Below are positions 20,321 through 30,501 of a DNA stretch of 64,000 nucleotides, piece by piece. Origin of the DNA: Bizionia arctica. GTDB lineage: Bacteria; Bacteroidota; Bacteroidia; Flavobacteriales; Flavobacteriaceae. The notes beneath the pieces were generated by a model. It saw only the letters and a program-made list of their open reading frames with translations, made no database searches and had not been told where the DNA came from. How positions within the stretch are numbered: the stretch's first letter is position 1; each line of letters opens with the position of its first letter. The position numbers were made by a program, and so were the translations under genes. The stretch lies in NCBI RefSeq assembly GCF_014638915.1, contig NZ_BMFQ01000001.1, forward strand, positions 817,142 through 881,141, in the 5' to 3' direction.

Positions 20321-21742
20321 ATGAAATCAATAATAAAAAATAGCATGCTAAAAAAAGGACTTGTTTTGGTTGTGGTGGCCTTTACATTACAAAGTTGTTT
20401 GGTGTCTAAAGATTACGAAAGACCAGAGCTAGAAGATCAAACAGAGAATCTATATAGAACAGACAACTTACCAGCAGACAGCTTGTCTATGGCTGATGTT
20501 TCTTGGAAAGAGGTTTTTACAGATCCTTATTTAGCTCAGTATATTGAAGAAGGATTACAAAACAATATTGATATTAGAATAGCCATACAACAAATAATTG
20601 CCGGCGAAGCTTATATGAAACAAGGAAATGCCGGTTATATTCCAACATTAAGTGGTGGAGCCTCAGCAACACATCAAAATATGTCTAAAAACAGTCAGTT
20701 TGGTAGTTTAACAAATGGTGGGTCTATAGATCAATATGAAATAGTAGCGAGCCTATCTTGGGAAGCTGATATATGGGGGAAAATTCGTAGTAACAAACGT
20801 GCCTTTCAAGCTAGTTATTTAAAAAGTATCGCGGCACATCAAGCCGTTAAAACCAAGCTAATAGAAACAATTGCTACAACTTATTACAGTTTGTTAGCCT
20901 TAGATGCGCAATTAGAAATTACTAAACAAACGGTAGAAAGTAGAGAAAAGAGTGTGTCTACTATTAAAGCCTTAAAGGAAGCGGGTCAAGAAACACAAGT
21001 GGCAGTAGATCAATATATCGCGCAATACAATAATGCACGAGCCATTCAGGTGGATATTGAAAGAGAAATTTTTAGAGCCGAAAATACATTAAGTATCTTA
21101 TTAGCTAAGCAACCTCAGAATTATGAAAGAGGAACTTTAGTTACTCAAGAAATTACTACTGACATGAAATTGGGAGTGCCTTATTTGTTGTTAAGAAACA
21201 GACCAGATGTCATGGCAGCAGAATACGATTTTATCCAATCGTTTGAGTTGACCAACGTGGCTTTAACAGATTTCTATCCAACATTAACCTTAAGTGCTTC
21301 TGGGGGTTTTCAAAGTTTAGATTTTCAAAATTGGTTTAATGCCAACTCTTTATTTGCCAATTTAATTGGAGGTTTAACACAGCCTATTTTGAATCAAAGA
21401 AAAGTTAGAACGCAATACGAAGTCTCTCAAGCGCAACAAGAGCAAGCCTTATTAGTATTTAAAAGCACATTGTTAGATGCTGGAAAAGAGGTTTCTGATG
21501 CACTTTATTCTTACAATGCCGAAACTGAAAAATTTGAGTATAGAAAAGAAGAAGTGGAAGCTTTAAGACGCGCGGAAGCCAATTCTGAAGAATTACTAAA
21601 TAATGGGTATGCAACCTATTTAGATTTACTGTTAGTTAGACAAAGTGAGTTAGCAGCCGAGCTAAATACCATAGATACCAAATTAGAACAATTACTTTCT
21701 ATCGTTAATTTGTACAAAGCGCTTGGTGGTGGCTGGAAATAA
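20321..21742 (+). CDS. efflux outer membrane factor lipoprotein (NodT/TolC family)
   Basis: Lipobox (TLQSCLVS). Two OEP repeats. 473 aa. Confidence 0.85.
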   Translation: MKSIIKNSMLKKGLVLVVVAFTLQSCLVSKDYERPELEDQTENLYRTDNLPADSLSMADVSWKEVFTDPYLAQYIEEGLQNNIDIRIAIQQIIAGEAYMKQGNAGYIPTLSGGASATHQNMSKNSQFGSLTNGGSIDQYEIVASLSWEADIWGKIRSNKRAFQASYLKSIAAHQAVKTKLIETIATTYYSLLALDAQLEITKQTVESREKSVSTIKALKEAGQETQVAVDQYIAQYNNARAIQVDIEREIFRAENTLSILLAKQPQNYERGTLVTQEITTDMKLGVPYLLLRNRPDVMAAEYDFIQSFELTNVALTDFYPTLTLSASGGFQSLDFQNWFNANSLFANLIGGLTQPILNQRKVRTQYEVSQAQQEQALLVFKSTLLDAGKEVSDALYSYNAETEKFEYRKEEVEALRRAEANSEELLNNGYATYLDLLLVRQSELAAELNTIDTKLEQLLSIVNLYKALGGGWK

Positions 21743-21760
21743 GTTTTATACTAATCCGCA

Positions 21761-22354
21761 ATGATAACAAAACAAGATATCCTGAAATGTTCCATCGAGA
21801 ACTTTACAAAATTTGGAAGTAAACAATTTACTCTAGATGAGTTGGCTTCAAAATTAGGGATTTCTAAAAAAACAATTTATCAATATTTTGATAGCAAACA
21901 GAATTTAGTAACCGAAAGTTTGATTGCTTTACAAGATCAATATATGGCTGATGTACATGTAATCTTAGAAGATTCTGAAACCGATGCTATAGAAAAAATA
22001 ATTATAACTTATAAACGAGGGCTTGAATACTTAATAGATTTCAAGCCTTCTTTTTTATTTGGAATAAAAAAATATTATCCAGAAGCCGATATAGCTTATA
22101 CTGTTTTTTCTGAAAAACTAGTCAGACAGGTAGCATATAATTTATTATTAGAAGCGCAAGAAAATAAGCTTATTAAACCTGATGTAAATATCGATTTAAT
22201 ATCCGAATTATATCTATTTAGAGTAGATCACATCCTTTTTAAACAAAATAATTTGTTCGAAAAACATTCGCTATCAGAACTTCTAAAACATTTAATTATT
22301 TTTAATTTAAGAGGGATCACAGTTTCTAATTATTCTAACGCTTATTTTGAATAG
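21761..22354 (+). CDS. TetR/AcrR-family transcriptional regulator
   Basis: N-terminal TetR HTH (FTKFGSKQFTLDELASKLGISKKTIYQYFDSKQNLV). Confidence 0.85.
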   Translation: MITKQDILKCSIENFTKFGSKQFTLDELASKLGISKKTIYQYFDSKQNLVTESLIALQDQYMADVHVILEDSETDAIEKIIITYKRGLEYLIDFKPSFLFGIKKYYPEADIAYTVFSEKLVRQVAYNLLLEAQENKLIKPDVNIDLISELYLFRVDHILFKQNNLFEKHSLSELLKHLIIFNLRGITVSNYSNAYFE

Positions 22355-22423
22355 TTTTTTACATTTGTTATCTAATTTAAAAGATCCGTATTCTTGCCTA
22401 TTGGTTAGAGAGGTTCGAAGAAA

Positions 22424-22825
22424 ATGACTATGAAAAAAGATATCATCATTCCTGAAGTAACTGACGTTTATATAGCTGTTGTAAATGAATATAACGACAT
22501 CTATAAATCTCAAGATTGGAACGCCTACATCATAAACAATAAAGACGTCGATCTGGAAATGGTGCTTATTGTTACTAGTGGCTATTCTGAAGAAAAAACC
22601 ACCTCCTTATTTAGAAAAAAATTAGAAAAACTTCCGGCAAAAAGCTATGCTAAAATAGAGCTTCTACATGAAAACTTATTTGCTTTAAACAATACCTTTA
22701 AAGTATCTTATTTTGAAGGAAACAAGATGTTTGACAAAACCTTTCTCTTTAAAAAGAATACCATTAGTTTAAAGGCTTTACAAGCTGTTCCGTTAATGGA
22801 TGTGAAAGGAGTTTTGGTAAAGTAA
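22424..22825 (+). CDS. hypothetical protein (133 aa)
   Basis: ORF only. No motif recognised. Confidence 0.35.
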   Translation: MTMKKDIIIPEVTDVYIAVVNEYNDIYKSQDWNAYIINNKDVDLEMVLIVTSGYSEEKTTSLFRKKLEKLPAKSYAKIELLHENLFALNNTFKVSYFEGNKMFDKTFLFKKNTISLKALQAVPLMDVKGVLVK

Positions 22826-23022
22826 CAAATTCCTGCGAAGGCAGGAATCTCTTATAGTTAAGGCGTGATTTTCATAATCTACAAGGAACTAAACAGGATA
22901 TTAGGTACAATTATTTAACATCTTTTTTTTTAAATAAAACACACAATCACTTGATAGGATTTCTGCTAAATGAGATTCCTACCTGAGTCCACCTAGAGCG
23001 AAGTCGAAAAGCAGGAATTCAG
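22826..23022. repeat. intergenic region with a 9-bp-stem palindrome (aattcctgc gaag gcaggaatt) and a degenerate second copy (gattcctacc…agcaggaattc)
   Basis: Inverted repeats read directly at 22829-22850 and about 22973-23019. No ORF. Confidence 0.4.
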
Positions 23023-24024
23023 CTAATCCAACTTATCTGTCAACTTTTTAAAAGTTATTTTTGGATCTTTTCCTTCATACAAAATAGCATAAACAGCATT
23101 TATAATAGGTAAGCGTGTCTTCTTTTTATTCTTTTCGTTTATTAAAAAAGCACTTTTTGTAGCATAATAACCTTCGGCGACCATACTCATTTCCATTTGT
23201 GCTGACTTCACGGTATATCCTTTTCCAATCATGTTTCCAAACATGCGGTTCCTAGAAAAAACTGAGTAACCAGTTACTAATAAATCGCCTAAATAAGCCG
23301 AATTATTAATGTTGCGTTTCATTTTGTGTGTTTTCTTTATAAAACGTTTCATCTCCCGAATGGCGTTACTCATCAACACACTCTGAAAGTTATCCCCATA
23401 ACCTAAACCATGTGCAATTCCAGCAGCTATGGCATAAATGTTCTTTAACATCACAGCATATTCGGTTCCTATAACGTCGTCGCTGATTTTTGTTTTTATA
23501 TAATCACTGGATAGTTTATCGGCAATCTGTTGTGCTTTTTTAGCATCTGCACAAGAAATAGTTAAATAAGACAAACGCTCAAGAGCCACTTCTTCTGCGT
23601 GACAAGGTCCAGCAATAACTGCAATATTTTCAAAAGGAATGTTGTAGATATCATGAAAATGCTCGCCAACAAGCAATCCAGATTCCGGAATAATACCTTT
23701 TACGGCAGAAACAATGGTTTTTTTAGAAACATCTGTAGTTAGTTTTTCTAATTCAGAATGCATAAAAGCAGACGGAATAACAAAAATCAAAACATCAGCA
23801 TAAGCCGCCATTTCATTAATGTCGTTGCTTAATTTTAACTGCTCTAATTTAAACTCTACCGAACTTAAATAACTCGGGTTGTGTTGTTCTTTGATTAAGT
23901 GTTCTTTGCAGTAAACACTTCGCATATACCATCCAACTTCATCTAAATTTTCGCACAGCATTTTCACTATGGCTGTGGCCCAACTTCCTGAACCAAAAAC
24001 AGCATATTTTAAAGGCTTATCCAT
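23023..24024 (-). CDS. gpsA: NAD(P)H-dependent glycerol-3-phosphate dehydrogenase
   Basis: N-terminal Rossmann motif (KYAVFGSGSWATAIVKML) and GpsA core. Start taken at MDKPLKY rather than the upstream Met at 24051. Confidence 0.9.
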   Translation of the reverse strand: MDKPLKYAVFGSGSWATAIVKMLCENLDEVGWYMRSVYCKEHLIKEQHNPSYLSSVEFKLEQLKLSNDINEMAAYADVLIFVIPSAFMHSELEKLTTDVSKKTIVSAVKGIIPESGLLVGEHFHDIYNIPFENIAVIAGPCHAEEVALERLSYLTISCADAKKAQQIADKLSSDYIKTKISDDVIGTEYAVMLKNIYAIAAGIAHGLGYGDNFQSVLMSNAIREMKRFIKKTHKMKRNINNSAYLGDLLVTGYSVFSRNRMFGNMIGKGYTVKSAQMEMSMVAEGYYATKSAFLINEKNKKKTRLPIINAVYAILYEGKDPKITFKKLTDKLD

Positions 24025-24154
24025 ATGTAATCTTAAAATTATAGAAATCAAAAATACATAAAATTTGATTGTTTTCGAGTCATTAAAATGAAAGCCTCTA
24101 ATTTTTTGGCACGTGTTTTGAATTATTTACCTTGTAACGTTAAATTCAAGGCTT

Positions 24155-25096
24155 ATGAAAACTATAAAACTACTTTTAGGATTTGCTTTAATAGCAACCA
24201 TGTTTACATCTTGTTATACAGATGAAATTTATGTAGATAATTATAATCCACAGCCTTCTATTTCGTTGAATCAATTATTGAGCTCATACGAATTGTGGTA
24301 TGTAGATATCAATGAAACTATAGGTTACGGACAAATACCATTTATGCAAATGGCATTTACCCTCTCGTTTAGAAATGGGACTCTTTGGGCCAATAATAAT
24401 TTAGTAGGCTTTGGAAATCAAGGAAATGGTTTTGGCATTCCAGTTGGAAATTATGACGCTTATGATAACATTTTGGATGTATATCATGTTATAGATGGTT
24501 TCGAAACCTTCGATGTCTATCAAATAAACGCCAACACCATCGAGTTATACAATCCGTATACTGATACGTCTTATTTTTTAAAAGGGTATCAACGTGCTAA
24601 TTTCGATTACGATTTTGTTTTTTACGATAACATTCATTATTTCTTGCAAGAATATGAAGCTTGGGAGAAAACATTTACCAGTCAAACAGGGGCTATAAAT
24701 GAATTCGATAATGAAAATTATTTACAATTTTTAGCAGGTGGCAATGACTCAGAATTTAGAAGCTCCCAAGATTATAATATTGGGAATCCAGATAATATTT
24801 ATTGGGATTATACAGGTGTTTACGGAGTTAATAACCTCCCGAATAACATGTATTTAAAAAGATTGATCTTAAATTATGATGGTTTTGGAAACGAGGTTTT
24901 TGATTTACGTGTTATAAACGATGCAAGAATACAATTGTTTCATATATCATCAGGAACTACTTATGAGTTTACAGGAAGAGGCTACATTCAATTCATGAAG
25001 AATGCTGAAGGCAAACAAATCGAAACGCCAAAAATGCGTAAGTTTAAAAATGAAAGAAAAGAGAATCCTAGAGAAAACTCTAGAGAAGATTTATAA
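24155..25096 (+). CDS. hypothetical lipoprotein (313 aa), Tyr/Asn/Asp-rich
   Basis: Signal peptide plus Cys (ATMFTSCYTDE). No identifiable domain. Confidence 0.45.
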   Translation: MKTIKLLLGFALIATMFTSCYTDEIYVDNYNPQPSISLNQLLSSYELWYVDINETIGYGQIPFMQMAFTLSFRNGTLWANNNLVGFGNQGNGFGIPVGNYDAYDNILDVYHVIDGFETFDVYQINANTIELYNPYTDTSYFLKGYQRANFDYDFVFYDNIHYFLQEYEAWEKTFTSQTGAINEFDNENYLQFLAGGNDSEFRSSQDYNIGNPDNIYWDYTGVYGVNNLPNNMYLKRLILNYDGFGNEVFDLRVINDARIQLFHISSGTTYEFTGRGYIQFMKNAEGKQIETPKMRKFKNERKENPRENSREDL

Positions 25097-25245
25097 ATTA
25101 AGTTAGTTAATTGGTAAAGAAACTGCTTGTTGTCTAAAAGCATCAAGCAGTTTTTTATTTAGGTTAATACCAGAATTAATAGGATTTTAGAAAGAATTTA
25201 TTGAACTTTATATAATTATTAAAAAACATTTAAAAAAAACAGATT

Positions 25246-25743
25246 ATGGGATTATTTTCATTTATTAAAGATGCAGGGGCAAAAGTTTTTGGAATTGGTA
25301 AAACAAAAGCAGAAGAGTCGGCAGATAAAGCAGCAGATGCTGCAGAAGCCAAACTAAATGCAGAAAAGGCAGCTGCCAATAATTTAAAGGAAACAGTAGG
25401 CGATTTAGACCTTCAAGTTGAAGATTTAAACATTCATATTGTAGACGATAAAGCAACTATTTCTGGAGCAGCTTTCAATCAAGCTACTAAAGAAAAAGTA
25501 GTATTAGTGGTTGGTAATTCGAACGGAATTGCAACAGTAGACGACCAAATGACTGTTGAAAATCCAGAACCTGAGGCGCAATTTCACACAGTAGTCAGTG
25601 GCGATACTCTAGGGAAAATAGCTAAAAATTATTATGGTAATGCCATGAAATATCCAGAGATTTTTGAAGCCAACAAACCAATGCTTAAGAATCCAGATTT
25701 AATTTATCCAGGACAAGTATTACGTATTCCTGCTTTAGATTAA
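25246..25743 (+). CDS. BON-domain plus LysM-domain protein (Kbp/YgaU-like)
   Basis: Central BON-like segment. C-terminal LysM (HTVVSGDTLGKIAKNYYG…IYPGQVLRIP). Confidence 0.7.
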   Translation: MGLFSFIKDAGAKVFGIGKTKAEESADKAADAAEAKLNAEKAAANNLKETVGDLDLQVEDLNIHIVDDKATISGAAFNQATKEKVVLVVGNSNGIATVDDQMTVENPEPEAQFHTVVSGDTLGKIAKNYYGNAMKYPEIFEANKPMLKNPDLIYPGQVLRIPALD

Positions 25744-25886
25744 AAACGTATAGCGTATAGTTAAAACGTCAATTTTTTAAATTGGCGTTTTTTTATGCAT
25801 TCATAACTGGGTTTAAAAGAGAAGAACTTCTAGTATTTTAAAATAAATAGATGCTAAAAATCACAACTACTTTTAAAACATAAGGT

Positions 25887-25894
25887 TATATTTG
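25887..25894 (+). promoter_or_regulatory. -7 promoter box TAtaTTTG
   Basis: TAnnTTTG match about 54 bp upstream of the 25948 ATG. Confidence 0.3.
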
Positions 25895-25947
25895 CTGCTT
25901 TATTCGCTATCTTATTTTTAGTGAAAATTAATAACACATAAATTTTT

Positions 25948-26448
25948 ATGAAGATGAAAAAAGTAATGATGATTGCCTGTCTTTTAACCGCATATTTAGT
26001 AAACGGACAAGCTTTTACAGGCAAAGGTGATAAGAAATTTCAAATGGGAGCAAGCTTGCAAAATCATGCTACAGGATTGTTTGTGAGTTTTGATTATGGT
26101 TTGGGAGAAAATTTCTCCATTGGAGCAACTACATCTTATGCTTTGGCTGTTCCAAGTGACATAGATGCTAATTTTGAGGATAGATACGATTTAACCGCTC
26201 GTTTTAATGCCAATATTGGAAATGTCATTAACATAGACGAGAATTTCGATTTATACCCTGGAATTAACTTTAGTTTAAAGAATTTTGGTGGCCACGTTGG
26301 TGCTAGATATTTCTTTACAAAAGGTTTCGGAGTGTTTTCTGAAGCTCTTTTCCCAATTGCCAAATACAATACAGACGACTTAACGTATGCTGAAGAAATT
26401 AACAATCAGTTTACTGTAAATGTTGGAGCTGTTTTTAATTTAAATTAA
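25948..26448 (+). CDS. small outer-membrane beta-barrel-like protein (166 aa)
   Basis: Signal peptide (MKMKKVMMIACLLTAYLVNGQA) and alternating hydrophobic pattern. Confidence 0.45.
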   Translation: MKMKKVMMIACLLTAYLVNGQAFTGKGDKKFQMGASLQNHATGLFVSFDYGLGENFSIGATTSYALAVPSDIDANFEDRYDLTARFNANIGNVINIDENFDLYPGINFSLKNFGGHVGARYFFTKGFGVFSEALFPIAKYNTDDLTYAEEINNQFTVNVGAVFNLN

Positions 26449-26486
26449 AACAGTAATTTCATTAAAGAACTTATAATTTATAATAA

Positions 26487-26525
26487 AAACGCCATAGAAA
26501 TATATTAATTTCTATGGCGTTTTTG
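26487..26525. terminator. bidirectional terminator hairpin (aaaacgccatagaaa…tttctatggcgtttt)
   Basis: 15-bp inverted repeat between convergent genes. Confidence 0.6.
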
Positions 26526-26534
26526 TTTAATCGT

Positions 26535-28322
26535 TTATTTCTTACCCAACCAATTATCTCTCTTGGTTTTTTGTTTTTTATCCAAAGGTTTTAAAGGAGT
26601 TTCCAATACTGAAATGTTGTATGAAGTAGCTTCTAACAGCGTAACTTTAGTTGTTTTAGTTTCTCCAAAACGTTCGAATACGACTTCGACTTCATCATTT
26701 GCTTTATAAGAATTTAAGAGGTCATTGATATTCATGCTTTCAGTTAATTCTTTACTATCAACCTTTAATATCTTATCTCCTTTTTGAAGCCCTGCGTTAT
26801 AAACCGAGGAATTTTTTTTAGGGTTTCCAAGCAGTTTACCATATCTAATATTAACACCTAAATCTACCTGCTCACTGTTAGTAGTTAAATCAACACCAAC
26901 CATTTTAAAAAGGCGTTTGTAATCCGGCATCTCACTTTTATAAATATAGTTGTTAAAGAAATGGTTTCCGAATTCCTTTCCAGCATAGGTATTTAATGTT
27001 TCATTTAAATTTTCAATTGTATAAAAGGTTTGAGTTTTTCCATAGGTTTCCCAAACAAGTTTCATATAATCATCTAAGTTTAGCCCTTTCTCTCTTAAAG
27101 ATAAATCCAAAGCCAAGCCCAACATGCTTCCATAAGAATAATAAGAGATAAATGTATTCTCTCTGTTGGTTTCGTCAACAGATTTCGCAGCATCTACAAA
27201 AGGAGCTTGATAGCTCATTTCTATTGGGTTAAAAAAGTCGCGTCCAGGCGAATTCCACACATAATTAAACGTTCCTATTAAACCCGTAATATAATCTTCT
27301 TGGGTAATAACCCCTGCACGACACAAGGTTAAATCGTCGTAATAGCTTGTAAAACCTTCTGCAAACCAAAGTTCACCACTCATATTTGCTTCTGTAAAAT
27401 TAAAAGGCTCTAAACTTTTCGGACGAATACGTTCCACATTCCAACAATGAAAAAACTCATGAGAAACAGTTCCAATATTTTGTTCAATACCTCCATTTGC
27501 TAAACTTCTAGTGCTAACCACATAAGTAGAATTTCGGTGTTCCATGCCATCTCCACTAGCATTTGGCATATAGCAAGCTAAAAAAGTGTACTCGCCATAA
27601 TCGTAAGATGGTAATTCGCCATAAACAGCTTTTTGCTGAAGTACAGTGGCTTTAATATTTTCAAAATAACGGTTTATCTCATCATCTGAAGCCGCCTCAT
27701 CGTGAATGACTAATTTCACAGTTTGCCCATCTACTTGAAAATCTCGGGTTCTAAAATCAGCAATTTCTGTCGGACTGTCCATGAAATATTGGAAATTTTT
27801 AGCATAATAGGTGTTGGCTTCCAGATGCTTTAATTGGGTTGCAATTTTCCAGTCTAAATTCTCAGGAATATTAAAAGTCACCTCAATTTCGTTTTCAGAT
27901 AATTCTGGGACATACATAAAAGTTGCGGGCATGTTTAAATGTGCATGTGTTTCATCTATTTGTGCGTAAGTTCCATCACCATGATTAGCAAAAAGAGTAT
28001 AACTAACCTCGATGGTGCCATCATGTCCCGTAACTTCCCAAGAATAAGGATTAGGACGAGTGGTTTTTAATAAATTTCCCTTACTATCGGTTACTTTTAC
28101 GTTGTAAACATTTTTAGCAAATTCATGTATGGCATAACGGCCAGGAGACGAACGTGCCATCATAAAGGTTACGGAACTGGATTTTAAATCTGTGAAAGTA
28201 ACTTCAATATTAGCTTCGTGATGTACCGCATTTTTAAATGAAATAACATAGTTTGAAGAGACTTGTGCATTTACAAATATTGAAAAAAGTATAAGCAGAA
28301 ATGAGAATTGAAATTTTTGCAT
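26535..28322 (-). CDS. M61-family glycyl aminopeptidase with C-terminal PDZ domain
   Basis: Signal peptide. HEFFHCWNVERIRP zinc-binding motif characteristic of M61. PDZ-like segment (GLQKGDKILKVD). Confidence 0.75.
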   Translation of the reverse strand: MQKFQFSFLLILFSIFVNAQVSSNYVISFKNAVHHEANIEVTFTDLKSSSVTFMMARSSPGRYAIHEFAKNVYNVKVTDSKGNLLKTTRPNPYSWEVTGHDGTIEVSYTLFANHGDGTYAQIDETHAHLNMPATFMYVPELSENEIEVTFNIPENLDWKIATQLKHLEANTYYAKNFQYFMDSPTEIADFRTRDFQVDGQTVKLVIHDEAASDDEINRYFENIKATVLQQKAVYGELPSYDYGEYTFLACYMPNASGDGMEHRNSTYVVSTRSLANGGIEQNIGTVSHEFFHCWNVERIRPKSLEPFNFTEANMSGELWFAEGFTSYYDDLTLCRAGVITQEDYITGLIGTFNYVWNSPGRDFFNPIEMSYQAPFVDAAKSVDETNRENTFISYYSYGSMLGLALDLSLREKGLNLDDYMKLVWETYGKTQTFYTIENLNETLNTYAGKEFGNHFFNNYIYKSEMPDYKRLFKMVGVDLTTNSEQVDLGVNIRYGKLLGNPKKNSSVYNAGLQKGDKILKVDSKELTESMNINDLLNSYKANDEVEVVFERFGETKTTKVTLLEATSYNISVLETPLKPLDKKQKTKRDNWLGKK

Positions 28323-28395
28323 GAAATTAATTTTAAGGCTCTAAGATACGATGTTTTTTAATGCTTTATTGTTGATGATTATAAAACTCATTGCT

Positions 28396-28403
28396 TATAT
28401 TTG
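28396..28403 (+). promoter_or_regulatory. -7 promoter box TAtaTTTG
   Basis: 10 bp upstream of the 28414 ATG. Confidence 0.3.
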
Positions 28404-28413
28404 AGTTATAAAT

Positions 28414-28827
28414 ATGACAGATACCTTTAAAACAGTCGCTAGATTTCAATATTCTTCTGAAGCACAAATTATAAAAGGGCGTTTAGAGGCCGAAGGCATA
28501 GAAGTTTTTCTTTCAGATCATTTAACCATCGATACAGATCCCTTAATTAGTAATGCCATTGGAGGTGTTAAACTAAAAGTGCTTGCTCATCAAAGCGAAC
28601 AAGCTATTGAAATTTTAGATTCCATTAGAAAATATTCTATAGATGATGAAGGAAACTCCATAACCTGTCCCAAGTGTCAAAGTGAAAAAATAGAACTCTT
28701 TTCCACTATCAAGGATCTTAAATCTTTAGTTTGGTTTGTTTTTGGAGTCTTGTTTTCCTCCCTTCCATTTTATACCAAACATAAATATCGATGTGAAGTT
28801 TGCCAAACAGAATTCGACTTAAAATGA
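28414..28827 (+). CDS. DUF2007-type (putative signal-transducing) domain protein with a C-terminal CxxC…CxxC zinc ribbon and one TM segment
   Basis: N-terminal ARFQYSSEAQIIKGRLEAEGIEVFLSD resembles DUF2007. CPKCQ…CEVCQ pairs. Confidence 0.45.
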   Translation: MTDTFKTVARFQYSSEAQIIKGRLEAEGIEVFLSDHLTIDTDPLISNAIGGVKLKVLAHQSEQAIEILDSIRKYSIDDEGNSITCPKCQSEKIELFSTIKDLKSLVWFVFGVLFSSLPFYTKHKYRCEVCQTEFDLK

Positions 28828-29062
28828 GGTTTAAAAAAAGTGTTTGTAACAAAATAACCTGATTGACTACTAATAAATGTAAGATTGAACATTGTCTTAA
28901 AATTTATGGGATATAACTTGATTACTTTAACCCCATGATATTTATAAAATAAGCAACTCCTGGAAATTCGTTTATTTCCTATTGAATGTCCATCGATTTG
29001 AAGAGAATGCTGTCGCTGTACTATTATCAGAATAGTTATATTTACCTATTAAAAATAGCCAT

Positions 29063-30016
29063 ATGAAATACCTAATAATTCTTTTATGCCTTCCTGTTTT
29101 GTGTTTTTCTCAAGTAGATCCAGACATTTTTGGGAAATTTGAATCCAAATTCTACGAGATTGATGGTTATAAAATAAACGTGGAAGTTTTAGGCGAAGGC
29201 GATCCTATTTTCTTTTTACCTGGAGGACCAGGAAATTCACACGATTACATGCAAGGGAATTTTGGGCAATATTATAAAACAAATACCGTCGTGTTTTTCG
29301 ATTTCTTAGGAAGAGGAAAAAGTGATGATGCCAAAGATGTTTCAGAGTACTCCGTAGAAAATGATGTGGAACTTATAGAAAAATTGCGTGAGGTTTTAGG
29401 TTATAATAAAATATCTATTGTTGGTCATTCCTATGGAACCGTTCCCGCTCAAGCTTATGCCATAAAATATCCAGACCATGTAGATAAAATGGTTCTGATT
29501 AGTGGATTTCATTCTGGTGCTATGTGGCAAGCCAATTGTGATAGTTACAACCATTATGCAAAAACCCATTTTCCTGAAAAATGGAAACAAGTCGATTCGC
29601 TTCGTTCCTTAGGGTATGTGTCTGGCCAAGAACCCTTAAAAACGGTTTATGGAAATTTTCCTACTAAATATATTTATTATCATAATACAAGCTTAAAACA
29701 AAATGCACCCCAAGAAAAATATAGAGGTTGGGCAGACGATGTCTATGTGGAAATTATAGGGCGTGATGGCGATTTTAATGTGTCTGGAAGTATGATAAAT
29801 CAAGATTATAGACAAGAATTAAAAGAGGTAAAAGCAAAAACACTTATTGTAGCAGGACGTTATGATGGTGTTTCAACCCCAGAATTTAATGTGCAGTATA
29901 AAATCTTTATGCCTCAAGCACAGTTTGAAATGTTTGAACAAAGTGGGCACAATCCGTATTTAGAAGAACCTGAAAAATTTTATGCGCTTTTTGATGCCTT
30001 TTTTAAGATAAAATAA
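29063..30016 (+). CDS. secreted alpha/beta-hydrolase (proline iminopeptidase/esterase-like)
   Basis: Signal peptide. Nucleophile elbow GHSYG. HGGPG-like oxyanion region (LPGGPGNSHDY). Confidence 0.7.
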   Translation: MKYLIILLCLPVLCFSQVDPDIFGKFESKFYEIDGYKINVEVLGEGDPIFFLPGGPGNSHDYMQGNFGQYYKTNTVVFFDFLGRGKSDDAKDVSEYSVENDVELIEKLREVLGYNKISIVGHSYGTVPAQAYAIKYPDHVDKMVLISGFHSGAMWQANCDSYNHYAKTHFPEKWKQVDSLRSLGYVSGQEPLKTVYGNFPTKYIYYHNTSLKQNAPQEKYRGWADDVYVEIIGRDGDFNVSGSMINQDYRQELKEVKAKTLIVAGRYDGVSTPEFNVQYKIFMPQAQFEMFEQSGHNPYLEEPEKFYALFDAFFKIK

Positions 30017-30501
30017 TGATAAAAAATAATAAGATTAGAAATGTAAAAAAAGTGCCAATAATGAAAGCTCTTTTAGGCTTTACACTAATTTTTTTGGGAC
30101 TTTTTGGAGCTGTCACAACAAATATTTTTAGTTTAGTGCTTGCTGGAATGGGTATTTTTTTAGCTATGTCTGAAGGTTCTGAAATTGATTTAGAAACAAA
30201 AACATATAAAGAATTTTATACCATTTTTGGAATAGATTTAGGGACTTGGAAAAATTTACCAACATTAGAGTACGTTTCTATATTTAGAACCAAAGAAAAT
30301 AGTCGTGTACAAGGCATGGGAGCTTCAGCCAATTTCTCTAATCCAATTTTTTTGCTGAATGTTTTTTATGACAGAAATAAAAAGATTGAAGCTTATAAAA
30401 CTGAAGAAATCGATGATGCTTTTAAAATGGCCAAAATAATAGCCAATGCATTACAAATAGATATTTTAGATGCTACCGAGCGAGAATCTAAATGGATATA
30501 A
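30016..30501 (+). CDS. small membrane protein (2 predicted TM helices plus soluble C-terminal domain)
   Basis: Start overlaps the preceding stop (ATAATGA). No motif recognised. Confidence 0.4.
   Translation: MIKNNKIRNVKKVPIMKALLGFTLIFLGLFGAVTTNIFSLVLAGMGIFLAMSEGSEIDLETKTYKEFYTIFGIDLGTWKNLPTLEYVSIFRTKENSRVQGMGASANFSNPIFLLNVFYDRNKKIEAYKTEEIDDAFKMAKIIANALQIDILDATERESKWI

Noticed and set aside
24025-24051. Upstream Met (MISIILRLH) for gpsA
   Set aside because: GpsA homologs begin at the Rossmann-fold N-terminus (MDKPLKYAVFGSG…). The extra 9 residues are hydrophobic and without precedent. The choice is uncertain but minor.
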